A stretch of DNA of 59,745 nucleotides, counting the filler, from Nemertoderma westbladi (Eukaryota; Animalia; Xenacoelomorpha): assembly GCA_032718475.1 (NCBI GenBank). It is 3 parts of 3 records of this genome, joined end to end, with 100 filler letters (N's around TTAATTAATTAA, not from the genome) between each part and the next. Parts side by side here need not be neighbours in the genome. Positions count along the whole stretch, not along the records: positions 17,608 to 48,845 come from JAUCBJ010001407.1; 2 more parts are not named here. One strand, written 5' to 3'. Both the position numbers and the translations under genes were made by a program. Shown here in pieces: positions 24,201 to 34,500 of this stretch. Each line of letters begins with the position of its first letter. The stretch's first letter is position 1. The notes under the pieces were generated by a model. The model was not told the origin of the DNA. It saw only the letters and a program-made list of their open reading frames with translations, and ran no database searches.

Positions 24201-25595
24201 TGACGCAGGGCCACTTAGCAGCGTTTCCACATTCCCACGAACCACGTAGAATCGTATATTGGCAACTGACTTACCACACATAACTGGCCCGACGTAGTAA
24301 CCAAGACAAGCAAGCTTGCGAGAGCCATACGGTTTCAGACAGAGCTTTGTCTTTTGTAGTGGTAGGTCTAACTTGGCAGCTGTTGCCTGAGACATGACTG
24401 AAACGTCCGCACCTGTATCCGCAAAAGCTCGTACTGTGGCTTCTTTGACTACTATCTCCACCAAGTAGCGCGATTTGGCAGTATGCTTTTTACGATTACT
24501 TGATCGGTGGATGGTTCTCGTATAGCGAACGTGAGAGATGAAGCGGCATTTGGCTCCTTTGGGACGGCGGCGGTAACTCTCAGAGTCGCTGTTGGGGCTG
24601 GCTGACCCCTCCTCCTCGGACAGAGCCGATTCACTGGATGAGGTATCAGAGCTGTTTGATAGTTCATCCCGGATGCGGCGTGTGTTGGATTTATGCAACT
24701 TCTGGTGTCTAGATAGTTTACCCTCAGCATGTTTAGTGTTGTATGATTGACAGGCCTTCGATCCTTTCAGGTGGCCCGTTACACCACAAAGATAGCACTG
24801 ACGCTTACGAGCAAAGCACGTAGCGTCCCCTGGGCAGCTTCGGGAGTTACAATTGATACAACGAGTATCGTTGTGTGCTGGCCTTGAGCCAGTTGTACTG
24901 AGCTTCTGTTGGGCTTTTGCCTTTTTGGAATAGGGACCAGGACGATGCATACGATAAACATCAGCTGCAGGTCTGTCATTCTTGGATCGACCCTGCGCTT
25001 CAGCAATTCGTTCTGCTCCTATAGAGGCCGCCTGTAATCGTCTTCCATTAGCTATTAGGTCTGGTAGATCCCACTGCTCTTTGAGCACATTATTTTGAAT
25101 GTCGGAGTGTGTTGTACCCACTACGATCTGGTCGCGTATTAATATGTTGCGCACTGTACATCTATCTGAGCAGGAAAAATCACAACTTTGGGCTTCATGC
25201 TTAACTCTATTAGCAAACATATCAAATGATTCTCCGGGATTCTGCCTGAGAGAGTAAAACTCAAAGTTGGCGATGGTCGTGTTGCGCGTAGGTTTGTAAC
25301 GTGTCTTCAAGACATCAATCATTTCCGTGAAGGCCACTGTATCTCGTCGGTCAGTGGGGACCGAATCTTCAAAGTCGCGTTGTAAATTGCGGCTCGCAAA
25401 TTTACCTAAAAAGTATTTGCGCTTATTCTGTTCGTGCCAGTTGACTCGCTGTTGATCAGTCGCTGCTTCCGTCTCTGGGGGTTCCTTAGTAATAGACATG
25501 TATTCATAGTGGAAGTTGGCTATGAATTCCGAAAACGCATCGTATAAGTTGGTCGAATGATCAGCGGGATCAAATTTTATGATGTTGGAAGCCAT
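21252..25595 (-). CDS. gag-pol: Ty3/Gypsy (Mag-like) single-ORF gag-pol polyprotein, 1447 aa, uninterrupted
   Basis: Gag with knuckle CYLCGVTGH; protease ADTGADVS; RT (KLDFKSAFHQL, VIHDDLIV); RNase H (VDAH, LEALAI, TDHKPL, PADYLSR); integrase HHCC plus IDLFGP / SDNGPPF / PQGNPSE. Domain order PR-RT-RH-IN. Confidence 0.96.
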   Translation of the reverse strand: MASNIIKFDPADHSTNLYDAFSEFIANFHYEYMSITKEPPETEAATDQQRVNWHEQNKRKYFLGKFASRNLQRDFEDSVPTDRRDTVAFTEMIDVLKTRYKPTRNTTIANFEFYSLRQNPGESFDMFANRVKHEAQSCDFSCSDRCTVRNILIRDQIVVGTTHSDIQNNVLKEQWDLPDLIANGRRLQAASIGAERIAEAQGRSKNDRPAADVYRMHRPGPYSKKAKAQQKLSTTGSRPAHNDTRCINCNSRSCPGDATCFARKRQCYLCGVTGHLKGSKACQSYNTKHAEGKLSRHQKLHKSNTRRIRDELSNSSDTSSSESALSEEEGSASPNSDSESYRRRPKGAKCRFISHVRYTRTIHRSSNRKKHTAKSRYLVEIVVKEATVRAFADTGADVSVMSQATAAKLDLPLQKTKLCLKPYGSRKLACLGYYVGPVMCGKSVANIRFYVVRGNVETLLSGPASEALSIITLNHEDHTDSLPYTTINRTETTDDTNGSIAHLFNSCAHHMDIRPYAHIFTGVGKLCNHLVKLHTDESIPPIASPMRPVPFHLRSRLQQELKAMEHAGIIEKHEGPAPWVSNVVLAPKDNGSVRVTIDMRNANKAIKDTKVPIPRPEDILTQVGGSMVFSKLDFKSAFHQLELAPESRQITVFSDGDQLWHYNRLTMGTKPASGELNRALQPLFASVSGAYVIHDDLIVATLTVSDHAAALEQTLRIISDANLTLNPDKCHFFQQEIPFWGMILSKEGVRPDPSKIEALRQAPAPRNKYEVMSFLSLVQSYSDFIPNLSRQTKHLRSLTLKHKRFKWSAACQAEFQHLRCLLSEQSSLRFFDPTLPTYLFVDAHQTGLSVILCQGHSSSSPHMVACASRTTTPVERRYPQLDLEALAIDFGLRRYRQYLVGGPTISVYTDHKPLISIFAGKRRGSVRTERILLRHQDVPYQVIWRSGQDNPADYLSRRALPWNETPKSWQDETLELEKTIWFLQLSPYTEAIAMEKIINETKQDHTLQLLAAALQKGYISRSCHELKPYRPFFATISLSDTELLLKEDRIILPEKLWMQAIEKAHQGGHPGSAALKRRLRTHFWFPDLNCMVESKVASCKGCQLFTNKGYTAPHSAQHTPDHAWQEVNIDLFGPMPTGQHVLVAQDSLSRFPAATIVPSTSSAPVLTALGDIYDNFGNPETHRSDNGPPFNSKEFTTFSRQRGISHTKVYEYHPQGNPSETFMKPLGKAMKIAHNNRQPLKEALSQTLANYRSTPHTATGVAPGDVLLRHGYRSSFPWKSISDQQVNDAREHDREQKHRRTDKANASRHCKSTYLTPGCQVLIRNRARKHKFDTKYESTPYTVVEQQGNGVLVKAVDGRTRRRHIDDVKPFHYEIPDQRSSTWVWGPPPTTKGQQTQGCSRSSQQPPTDTDDNAPENPPRPTRNRTLPGYLKDYVLDVPLLRNKDRD

Positions 25596-25878
25596 TTTCC
25601 AATATCTTAGTGTGTAAGCTGGTCGTGCGGCGATAAATGAAACCGTGTGGGAGTTTATATTCTCAAGTTTATAACGGGTCGTTCCAATATAAGTTGGCCG
25701 ATCGTGCCGTGATATCTAAGCCGTAGAGTGAAGGAGTTTGTGCTCTCAAGTTTATATCGGGTCGTTCCGGTATAAGTTGGTCGGTCGTACGGCGATAACG
25801 AGTCTGTGAAGGAAGTTTATATCGGGTCGTTCCAGTATAAGTTGGTCGGTAGTGCGGCGATAACGGGTCCGTGAAGGA
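25596..25878 (-). repeat. Gypsy 5' leader with three degenerate ~65-85-bp tandem units, cut off by the BEL LTR
   Basis: AGTTTATATCGGGTCGTTCCRGTATAAGTTGGTCGGT-like motif recurs at ~25666, ~25749 and ~25815. No 5' LTR is present. Confidence 0.65.
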
Positions 25879-28800
25879 TGTAAAAGCTTTTGTGGGATAA
25901 CTGATTCGTTTGCCTTGCTGGCCAGTTCCCCCCCCCCGGTCGCTAGAATACTCTAAAAGGGATCTATAGGTAAAATAGTGCAAGCTACCAGCTTATTGGC
26001 TGATGGGCTGTACGAAAGTATCTGGGCTCCGTTTAATCGGCCAACCAGCTTAGGGAGGTTGCCTCAGCCTTGCTGTCCGTATCGGCCAATAGAATTTGAG
26101 TGGGCGTTGATTTTGACCTATCCCAGAGCTACTGAACTGAATTTTCCTATCTCACTGCTCATCCTCTGTGTTGGACGGGAACTTCGGGGAATAAGGGTAG
26201 TTGGTATCCTCGTATAGTGATTCTAGTCATATGATTTTATATGATTCTGTTGTTGTGTTCCCATTTTTCGCCATAACACCGGCTTTTTGGGAAGAACTCT
26301 AGTAAAACTGCTTAAATTATCGAAAGTATAACTGTTATCCGACCTAATTACTTATCTGATCTAATTAACTCACTATTAATCATATTGTTTGTACTGTTAT
26401 TTACCGTCAGTTATTAATTGTATCTATTTGTTGATGGAAATATTGCTCTTTGGAGAATACGGATAAATCACCCAAAATTCCCAATTTTCTTGATACACTA
26501 CAGGTTAGAGAGACAGGCTATATATAACAATTGCGATTTATATTAATGTGGTGTGTATTGAATCTAATGTTATTTAGCAGACCCTACATGAGTCAATTGC
26601 TGCTCTCTTTATGTGTGATCAAATTTACTGACGGTCGGCAGAATAGTGTGCATGATTGTGATTGGTAACAAAGCATTTCCTAAAGAATGCGCCTTATACT
26701 TTAATCATAAGCAGTATCGTTGCGTTTAGTATAAGTCCTAGTTCTGTTTAAATAGATAGAGCGCCACGTCCTAAAGGAACTGTTAATATTTCCCAAAAGC
26801 CAATAATATCTGTCAGAAATTAATTATTAACGATCTATCGAATAATACAGTAGGTTTACACTGCAACCTTACACTGCAATAATAAAATTTAAGCAGCCGA
26901 ATTCAGCCTCCCGGGTGTAGATCCATCGGGTGAATGATCGCGCATGGGCTGGCTTCGGTTAATGTTTTGTTTATTAGCATAAAATATTGTCGTATGCTAA
27001 AGGTGTTTTAATTAACTAAAAGACATATAAATTTTGGCAGGTTAAACTGCTAAAGGTCTTCAAAAGCGCGAACAATAACAGTTATCTATCTTATTGCAGT
27101 AGGCAATAAGGTTGCAAAATACCGTAGTGACCGGTAAACCTGAACCGGTACTTCTATAGGTCAGTAGGCCCAACTGCCAGAACCGGTACTTCTGTAGGTC
27201 AGTAGGCCCAACTGCCAGAACCGGTACTGCTGTAGGTCCGTAGGTCCAACTGCCAGAACCGGTACTTCTGTAGGTCTGTAGGCCCAACTGTCCTAACCGG
27301 TACTGCTGTATAAGTACATTAGTATTATTCGATTTTGATTATTGTATACCGGTAGGTCTTGGTACTTAATCAGGGAACGGCCGCCCTGATTTTTATTTGA
27401 GATTCTACTTATTTCTGTCGGTTTTATTTACTAGTAGGCTAATATTGAGCAGAAGGCGTGTGACCCTGCTCAGATTGTTCAGATAATTGTAGGCTGAGCT
27501 GCTGTCTGACTGTTGTTGGGTTTGGAGAGATTACGGCGTGTGTAGAGTTTGTCTGATAAAGTGCCGTTAGTAAGTTGGGGCAGCTATATGCTGTAAGGTC
27601 AATCCCCTCTTAAAGAATAAGTCGTACTACCGTGTTAGAACGCATACTAACTAACTATTTCAGAATCTGCATATACTGTAGTTTATTTAGGCTTGATCGT
27701 AGTCTGCCAGTGTTTTAGCCTGTGTTTGTTTGTGTAGTCTGTTCAGGTACCGTAATAGTTATTACTCAGATATTTTGTAGGCTGGATTGTTGTCTAGCTA
27801 TTATTAGGTCTGAAGAGATTGCTGTGTGTGTGGAGTTTGTCTGATAAAGTGCGGTTAGTAAGTTGGGGCAGCCATATGCTGTAAGGTCAATCCCCTCTTA
27901 AAGAATAAGTCGTACTACCGTGTTAGAACGCATACTAACTAACCATTTCAGAAGCTACACGTACGGTAGTCTATTTAGGCTTGGTGGTAGTCTGTCAGCG
28001 TTTGGTTTGTATTTTGTTTGAGTATTCTGTACGGGTAGCGTAATATTTATTATTCAGAGTTTATGCGATTATTCGCAACATTCATGTCCCCAAGTTTATT
28101 CCTACAGTAATTGTGCTTGTTATACATACCGTTATAGTTAAATTAACCCCGGTACTACACGGGCTGCTTGGCGTAGGACAAGACTGGTGACATTGTGCCC
28201 TGGTCACTCCAGCAGATGCCGTGGTTCTTTTAACTGTTCAAGTATATTTAACTACTGATTATTTGTTATACCGGTACTTGTACCTAATTTAGGGTTTAGT
28301 GTACAGTGCTTTCCGAAGTAATTAGTGTGTAGGCAGTATATTTGTGTTGTAAAGTGGTTGATAGGCACATTCGTTAGCTCTATTAACTTCTGGGTAGGAA
28401 CAATCCGTGATACATAACGTAGTACCTATAGCGATACGGTTATAGGTCGTCAGGCGGTGGTATTTTCCCTATCTGGACAACGCAGTATATTCACTACTAC
28501 TTATTATTTCAAATACCGTAGTACCCTGTCTGTTGTAATAACCAGAATTCTAACCCTTTGTTAGGCTGGTTTGTAGACTTCCTGTAAAATTACCCTAAAA
28601 ATTCGTACGTAATATTTTTGTTGTGTTTAATTAGAGAATTAATCTCACCCATATCGTAAGTAATTTGTAGTATTAAGTAACTTAGGTAAATTAGAATTAT
28701 CAGTTTTAGTGTCAAATAAATAGCACTTCACTGAGAGCGCACAGCTTCGGTGTAGTGACCCCAGAAATAATAACATTTATTTCAAATATTGACAAAACCC

Positions 28801-29364
28801 TTTTAAACGGGTATATATCTATTATAAATCAACTCAAACGATTTATAACTAGTAGGCCTGCCATACAACAACTAGGTCTCAATATCAGTTGGACTACTGC
28901 TTAAATAACGGTAATAAAGTAAGTTAAAGTAACCAAGTAACCCTAAAATATTCAGAAATTCAATTATTCTAAAAATAATTGACATACCGGTATTTACCAT
29001 AGGCTTATTATATTTATTTCTATAAATTTGAGCTGAAATCATACCGGTACTCTGTAATTAATTCTAGTTCATAATTATACTTATATATACTATAAGTGTA
29101 AGCTGTATACCGGTATTCACTATAGGCCTATTATATATTTATATATATTTGTGCTAAAATTATATACCGGTACTCGGTGATAAATCTAGTCTGTAATAAT
29201 ACTTATATATATTATAAGCATACCGGTATTCTAATATATTGTATATATCACGTTACACTGAGTAACGGTATCGGTAATAAATCGCTAGGCTTGCGGTCAT
29301 ACTGAATTAACAGACTTGCTTTAACTGAAACTATAGTAGTAGACATTCAACTGTATAGCTAAAC
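25879..29364 (+). mobile_element. BEL/Pao 5' LTR plus ~3.5-kb non-coding leader (LTR 3' boundary not resolved)
   Basis: Starts TGTAAAAGCTT, as at 16794(-), 34127(+) and 49286(-). Leads directly into the BEL gag ORF. Homologous to 14660-16320(-) and 17608-18372(+). Confidence 0.8.
27140..28030. repeat. Internal repeats of the BEL leader: 38-bp tandem x4 and a duplication with ~290-bp period
   Basis: GAACCGGTACTTCTGTAGGTCAGTAGGCCCAACTGCCA x4 at ~27142-27305. 27540-27740 is repeated at 27825-28030. Further ~120-bp ATACCGGTA-containing units at ~28980-29240. Confidence 0.85.
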
Positions 29365-32300
29365 ATGTCTGACACTCAGCAAAACCTGTCAGACAGTCTG
29401 ATCGATACAACTATCTGTGACTCAGATAGGAGTGTGGAGCGATTAAGAAAGGAGTTCAGCTCACCTCCTACTGCAAAAAAGGTCATCCCTCCAGTAGTAT
29501 CAGACCCTAGGCTAATCCACCATAGGTCCATCATAGGCACTCGGGCACAGGTCAAACGGAACCAAGAGGCAGTTGTCCCATCGCAGCAACATCTTGGTCA
29601 AGAACCTACTTCCCAGCGACCCGATAGCTCCAGCAGTTCGGATACTGTAGAGCTGACCCCCGAACGCGGAGTGCAGATGGCTGTTACAGTCTACTCGGAC
29701 CCCCTTCTTACCCTTCCTGCTGCAGTGCTAACTACTATATTCATTGCGGTGGAGGAACATCAAGCCGACTGGGCGAGGAATAAGCGAGCGACCCAAGATA
29801 ATTATGCGGGATACGCCAGGGAAGAATTAATGTCTATTGTCGAGTCGCAATGGAACTTTCCCGGACTCGGACTCCCGTTGGACCTGTCCGAGGCTACTTG
29901 GGAAGATATACACAGGATGGGAGTGGCAAAAGATACAATGGATCCAGCTGTTTGGAAGAGGTCGGCATCAGGATATGTGCAGGGATTCTTCGGCTCCTTG
30001 GAGCGATTGGAAGAACAACTGTTTCGACAACCTCAAGGACCTCAAGAGCAGGAAGAGCTGCTATACCAAATACGCGAAAGAACCCTACGCATACGACTAA
30101 TCCTCTCAGCCTTTGAGGAAACTTCCAAAAGAAGACAAGACACGTCGCTGCAGGGTGCTGTCAAAACTTGGTTACATCGGGTAGATCTCAAAGTACAGGA
30201 AACGGCCCAGTGGAAATCCCAGCTAGCTGAGAGATCAACCTATGAAGAACCAACTGATGTCACCCTTTCTCAAGCGGAAAGCGAAGAGATCGCCGAGAAA
30301 CCGCGAACTAGAGACGCTATCGACATTTATTTGTCCGACTATCAGCGATTCCTAGGAGACGAAGAGTTGAGGAGACGGCTGTCTGGACTTTCCCCTAATA
30401 GTGAAGGAACCAAGCTTGTGTTGGACTCAATCGATGCCGAAATGTTAGCTGCAAACCAAGCTGAATGTGATGAAAAACTCCGCCTCACTAGAGTCCGAGA
30501 AGATCAAGTAAAGAAAGAACGGATAGAGAAAAGGAAGGTAGCAGCAGCAGCGGCGGCGGAAGCAGAAGCAGAAAGAAAAGAAGCAGAAGCCGAAAGAAAG
30601 GCGGCGGAAGCAGAAGTAGAAAGAAAAGAAGCAGAAGCCGAAAGAAAAGCGGCAGAAGCAGAAGCAGAAAGAAAAGCGGCGGAAGCCGAAAGAAAAGCAA
30701 CAGTGGCAGAAGCAGAACGGAGAGCGTCTGAGGAGACTATCCAACTAGAGTTGGAAAATCTGCAAGAGACGCAAGACAGCATAAATAAACAGTTTACTGC
30801 TAATCAAATGCAGATGATGAGAAAATCTACTCCCAAGCGCCAGGGATACACATCCTCGGAGGAAGGCGAGACTACCGATCCTGAAGGCGGAGGAAATAGA
30901 TCTCATCTAAGTAGGCGTAGAAAAACATCTTACCGTCGCAAATTGCCTGATTTGCCCCCAGCTGTTAGAAGACAGCTAGCTAGCACAGACTTGAGTAGTA
31001 TAGAACCTACAGCCCAAAGTATTAAGGTCCAAAGACTCTCTACAATAGTTGATGAGCCTGAGATAATTAGGCCTGTCGTTCCCAAAGTCACTTCTGTGTT
31101 AGAGACCCCTGTACTTCCAGAGCTTAACTCTAAATTCCCTTTACATAGTACTACACTGCCTGTACCCGGTGGAGCAGTCCAAGAGAATATCCCTGTCCAG
31201 ATAGCAGAGAGAGAAATCAAAAATTTGTCTCCCGTCGTCCCGCGTCAGCCCGCTACTATGTTGGCGACTCCCGCTTCGGCGGTTGAGTGGGTGGAAGAGG
31301 GACGGCGGGGGATGAATCTCCTGCTAGGACAGATGCAGGAGACTGTCCACCAACTTAAGGGAACAGTGAGGGAAGGTAGAGCAGAGTTGCAAGAAGTGCA
31401 GCAAAGTATCGCACTAGAACGCGACAAATTAGTCAATATCCAAAAGGGCATACCAATACCCCCTGTAACATTGTGTCAACCTGTTAGGTCTGAAGTATCA
31501 CATGCGCAAGGTGTGGAGCCTACACGCATCTATACTGCTAGTGAAGTTGAAACTCCTATAGCAAACCCTATTAAGGGTGATTATAGACCTGTTATTAATG
31601 ATATTCCCTATAGGCCTGATAATGATCCGAGAAATTTATATACCGATAATTCTATATTAAATAACACGATGGCCCAAGAAAGCTTTACGCGTCAGATGGC
31701 TAGAACCGAAGCCCGCCAAGCGGTCAAAGTGGGAGAGATCGTCAAATTCAATGGAGATGAGATGAAATGGTTACCTTTCAACGAATATTACAAAGATAGC
31801 ATACAGAACTCTGTACTATCTAACGGAGAGAAACTTAGATTTCTCATCAAGTGCTTGGAAGGACCTCCCAAGTTAATGGCGTTAAAGTTTATTGGACATC
31901 CAGAAGGATTAAGACAAGTTTGGGATACATTAAACATCAGGTATGGTAACAAGGATAACATAGCTAAGTATTTGTATGCAAAATTAGTAGCCCCCCGACA
32001 CTTCCTTAGTAGCGGGATTATAGAGTTTTCCGATGAAATTCAAGAGATCTGTAGACAACTGGACTGGTTAGGTAAGTCGCATGAATATCAGAGTTCCATG
32101 GTTATTGGAGCCGTAGTCTCTACTTTACCAAAGGGTGGAGTATGTACACGCTGGGATAAGAAAGTGTTGTACATGAATGAACAACAACGACGAAGTCCTA
32201 CCATGGCTGACCTCATGTCTTTCTTAGATGGTGAAGTCAAACTACAACTCATCAAGCAGTCCAGAGAGAAAACATCGGAAAATAAGGTAAGTGAGAAACC

Positions 32301-34131
32301 CTCTTCTAGGAGAAGAGTAACACCGGTGTGTTACACTGACGACGGCGAAAGCCAAGCTTCTCAAGAAGAAGACAGCGGGAAAGACACCGAACGATCTTAC
32401 TATGTTGACAAAACCTCCAAGGACGTAAGTAAATACAAGGCTCGAACCAACAATAGGAGAGAACAGGTTGCTAAGACCCCTCCTCAGTCTCCTAGCAGAA
32501 TGCGCGGAAGAAAGCCCGAAGAAAGAACGAGAGTGCATCAAACTACCCAAGGTAAAGTAAGTAACATAAAACCTAACTGTGCACTGTGCGACGGGACCCA
32601 CCGTTTGAGTGCGTGTGCGGAATTTCTAAAGAAATCCCTTGTAGACAGACGTACAGTTGTGTGGGACAAGCGGTTATGCTATAATTGCCTCAGACCAGGA
32701 CACCAACGGCGAACCTGTTACTCCGACATAAAGTGTGAAAAGTGTGGTGCGAAACATCACATCTTGTTACATAGTGAGTTCGAACGAGACAAGCAGAGTC
32801 AGGTAAGTGAGTCCGAACTACATGTCCAATTCAGTGATGTAAACGACACTGATCAGGAGTCTGAGATGGAAGGATTCTATACTGACGAATTCTCCGACGC
32901 CAACGAATCCTGTTATCTAATCAATACCACCGTGTATCGAGCACTTACTTATGAAAAGGACACCAACAATGAGTTTCCCCTAACTACTTTCGCCAAACAA
33001 CCATCTTGGAAAGCTCCAGCTTCCAACGTAGGAATCAGAGAATTTCCTGTAGTCCAGGTAAGAGTTCACGGTATTAACAAAAGCTACATAGTGAACGCCC
33101 TACTTGACTCCGATAGCACAGGAACATTCATCGATCAAGAACTAGCCGAAGATATCTTTGCTGGACAACCCAAGTTCCGGACTAAATTAAATATGTCAGG
33201 AATTATGCAGGTTTGGAAATCTACCCTAACGGCAGATTACTATGTAGGTGTGTTGTCCACCCCCCAGGATAAGTTAGGAACACAAGGTATAAGGTCAGTA
33301 AAAATGGTGGCTATAAAGAACTTTGCTACTACTCAAGCAGACCTTTATAATTGGGACGAAGATGAGAGCGTCCAACATCTTAAGATACCTCGATTCCAGA
33401 CAAATTATCCTGGAGTGCAAATACTTATCGGCCAAAACGCGCACGAGGCGCTCGAAACATTAGAGAAACGGCCTGCTCAACCACAACCACTGCAATCCTA
33501 TGCGGTAAGAACTAGAGTAGGTTGGTACTTTACTGGCCCTTCCCGTAGAACTCTCGAAGAGAGAATGCCACACGAACAAATACATCAAGTAAACGATTGG
33601 GAAGTGGAAAGCAGTGAGGTGGACGAACTAACTGAGGGAACACCATACTCCTCAGATAATGACGACATCTACCAACTCTTCGAAGAAGAGAACACAATAG
33701 ACTTACTTACAGAGAATCAAACTTGGAAAAACCAAACGAACCTATGTCAACTGATTCGCCCAACGGAATCCATTATTTATAATGACGAACTTAATGACGA
33801 GGTAGAGCGCTACAACGCTAGAACTCAGGACGAACTCGCCGTACGATTCTTTACCCAAGAATTAGTAGAACCCAATTCATACGACAAAGCCCTGTCGATA
33901 GAAGAAGAAAGAGCCAAGCAAATCCAGGAAACAACCACACGTTTTTTAAAAGATCAAGGTAGATATGAAATCAGACTACCCTTCCGAAAACGTGAACCCA
34001 GATTTATAAATAACAGACCCTTGGCTGAGAAAAGAATCAATCAATTACATCGACGTCTTACGGCCAACGCTTCAGCTAAGGAAATGTACCAAACTCAGTT
34101 GAAGAAATTTATCACAAAGGGATATGTGTAA
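29365..34131 (+). CDS. gag-pol: BEL/Pao Gag-protease polyprotein (1588 aa), cut just before RT by an LTR
   Basis: DUF1759-type KFNGDEMKWLPF...LSNGEKLRFL; triple Cys-His cluster CALC..H..C / CYNCLRPGH..C / CEKCGAKHHILLH; protease ALLDSDS; ILIG, TRVGW and GRYEIRLPF motifs. The stop lies inside the LTR starting at 34127. Confidence 0.93.
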   Translation: MSDTQQNLSDSLIDTTICDSDRSVERLRKEFSSPPTAKKVIPPVVSDPRLIHHRSIIGTRAQVKRNQEAVVPSQQHLGQEPTSQRPDSSSSSDTVELTPERGVQMAVTVYSDPLLTLPAAVLTTIFIAVEEHQADWARNKRATQDNYAGYAREELMSIVESQWNFPGLGLPLDLSEATWEDIHRMGVAKDTMDPAVWKRSASGYVQGFFGSLERLEEQLFRQPQGPQEQEELLYQIRERTLRIRLILSAFEETSKRRQDTSLQGAVKTWLHRVDLKVQETAQWKSQLAERSTYEEPTDVTLSQAESEEIAEKPRTRDAIDIYLSDYQRFLGDEELRRRLSGLSPNSEGTKLVLDSIDAEMLAANQAECDEKLRLTRVREDQVKKERIEKRKVAAAAAAEAEAERKEAEAERKAAEAEVERKEAEAERKAAEAEAERKAAEAERKATVAEAERRASEETIQLELENLQETQDSINKQFTANQMQMMRKSTPKRQGYTSSEEGETTDPEGGGNRSHLSRRRKTSYRRKLPDLPPAVRRQLASTDLSSIEPTAQSIKVQRLSTIVDEPEIIRPVVPKVTSVLETPVLPELNSKFPLHSTTLPVPGGAVQENIPVQIAEREIKNLSPVVPRQPATMLATPASAVEWVEEGRRGMNLLLGQMQETVHQLKGTVREGRAELQEVQQSIALERDKLVNIQKGIPIPPVTLCQPVRSEVSHAQGVEPTRIYTASEVETPIANPIKGDYRPVINDIPYRPDNDPRNLYTDNSILNNTMAQESFTRQMARTEARQAVKVGEIVKFNGDEMKWLPFNEYYKDSIQNSVLSNGEKLRFLIKCLEGPPKLMALKFIGHPEGLRQVWDTLNIRYGNKDNIAKYLYAKLVAPRHFLSSGIIEFSDEIQEICRQLDWLGKSHEYQSSMVIGAVVSTLPKGGVCTRWDKKVLYMNEQQRRSPTMADLMSFLDGEVKLQLIKQSREKTSENKVSEKPSSRRRVTPVCYTDDGESQASQEEDSGKDTERSYYVDKTSKDVSKYKARTNNRREQVAKTPPQSPSRMRGRKPEERTRVHQTTQGKVSNIKPNCALCDGTHRLSACAEFLKKSLVDRRTVVWDKRLCYNCLRPGHQRRTCYSDIKCEKCGAKHHILLHSEFERDKQSQVSESELHVQFSDVNDTDQESEMEGFYTDEFSDANESCYLINTTVYRALTYEKDTNNEFPLTTFAKQPSWKAPASNVGIREFPVVQVRVHGINKSYIVNALLDSDSTGTFIDQELAEDIFAGQPKFRTKLNMSGIMQVWKSTLTADYYVGVLSTPQDKLGTQGIRSVKMVAIKNFATTQADLYNWDEDESVQHLKIPRFQTNYPGVQILIGQNAHEALETLEKRPAQPQPLQSYAVRTRVGWYFTGPSRRTLEERMPHEQIHQVNDWEVESSEVDELTEGTPYSSDNDDIYQLFEEENTIDLLTENQTWKNQTNLCQLIRPTESIIYNDELNDEVERYNARTQDELAVRFFTQELVEPNSYDKALSIEEERAKQIQETTTRFLKDQGRYEIRLPFRKREPRFINNRPLAEKRINQLHRRLTANASAKEMYQTQLKKFITKGYV

Positions 34132-34500
34132 AAGCTTCTGTGGGATGTAACTGGCCCTTCGCCCCGCAACCCAGTTTTTCCCCCATACGCTAAAATACTC
34201 TGAAACCTACTGTAAAGGTTTTTCTGGGATATGACTGATTTGTTTTCTTTGCTAACCAGTTCCCCCCTCCAAGGCGTTGGAATCCTTTAGGAGGGATCTG
34301 AGCTGTTCGATTGGCCAGCCGGCTTGGGAAGGTTGCCCCAGTTACCCATAGCCCTGCGTTGAGTTAGTTCTGATTTCGACCAATCCCGAGCTACTGAACT
34401 GAAATTATCCTGTCTCACTGCTGATTACATGTGTTGAACGGGATTCTTGGAAAATAAGAGAGCTAAAGTCACGGGACTTTTGGTTATGATTTTTATGATT
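34127..34500 (+). mobile_element. BEL-family LTR 5' part interrupting pol
   Basis: TGTAAAAGCTTCTGTGGGAT at 34127 and a second degenerate start TGTAAAGG at 34211. Colinear with 25879-26250 (GAGCTACTGAACTGAA...CTCACTGCT), then decays into T-rich sequence. Confidence 0.8.

Noticed and set aside
27140-27305. 38-bp repeats and the ~42-bp repeats at 3110-3325 as possible CRISPR arrays
   Set aside because: Units are contiguous with no unique spacers, there are no cas genes, and the context is eukaryotic TEs.
28751-28763. TAGTGACCCCAGA as a tRNA-Trp primer-binding site
   Set aside because: It lacks TGG, is not preceded by an LTR-type CA end, and is not conserved in the minus-strand copy.
30445-30782. 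Hydrophobic minus-strand ORFs (poly F/L/C)
   Set aside because: Antisense shadows of the (AEAERKA)n repeat in Gag.
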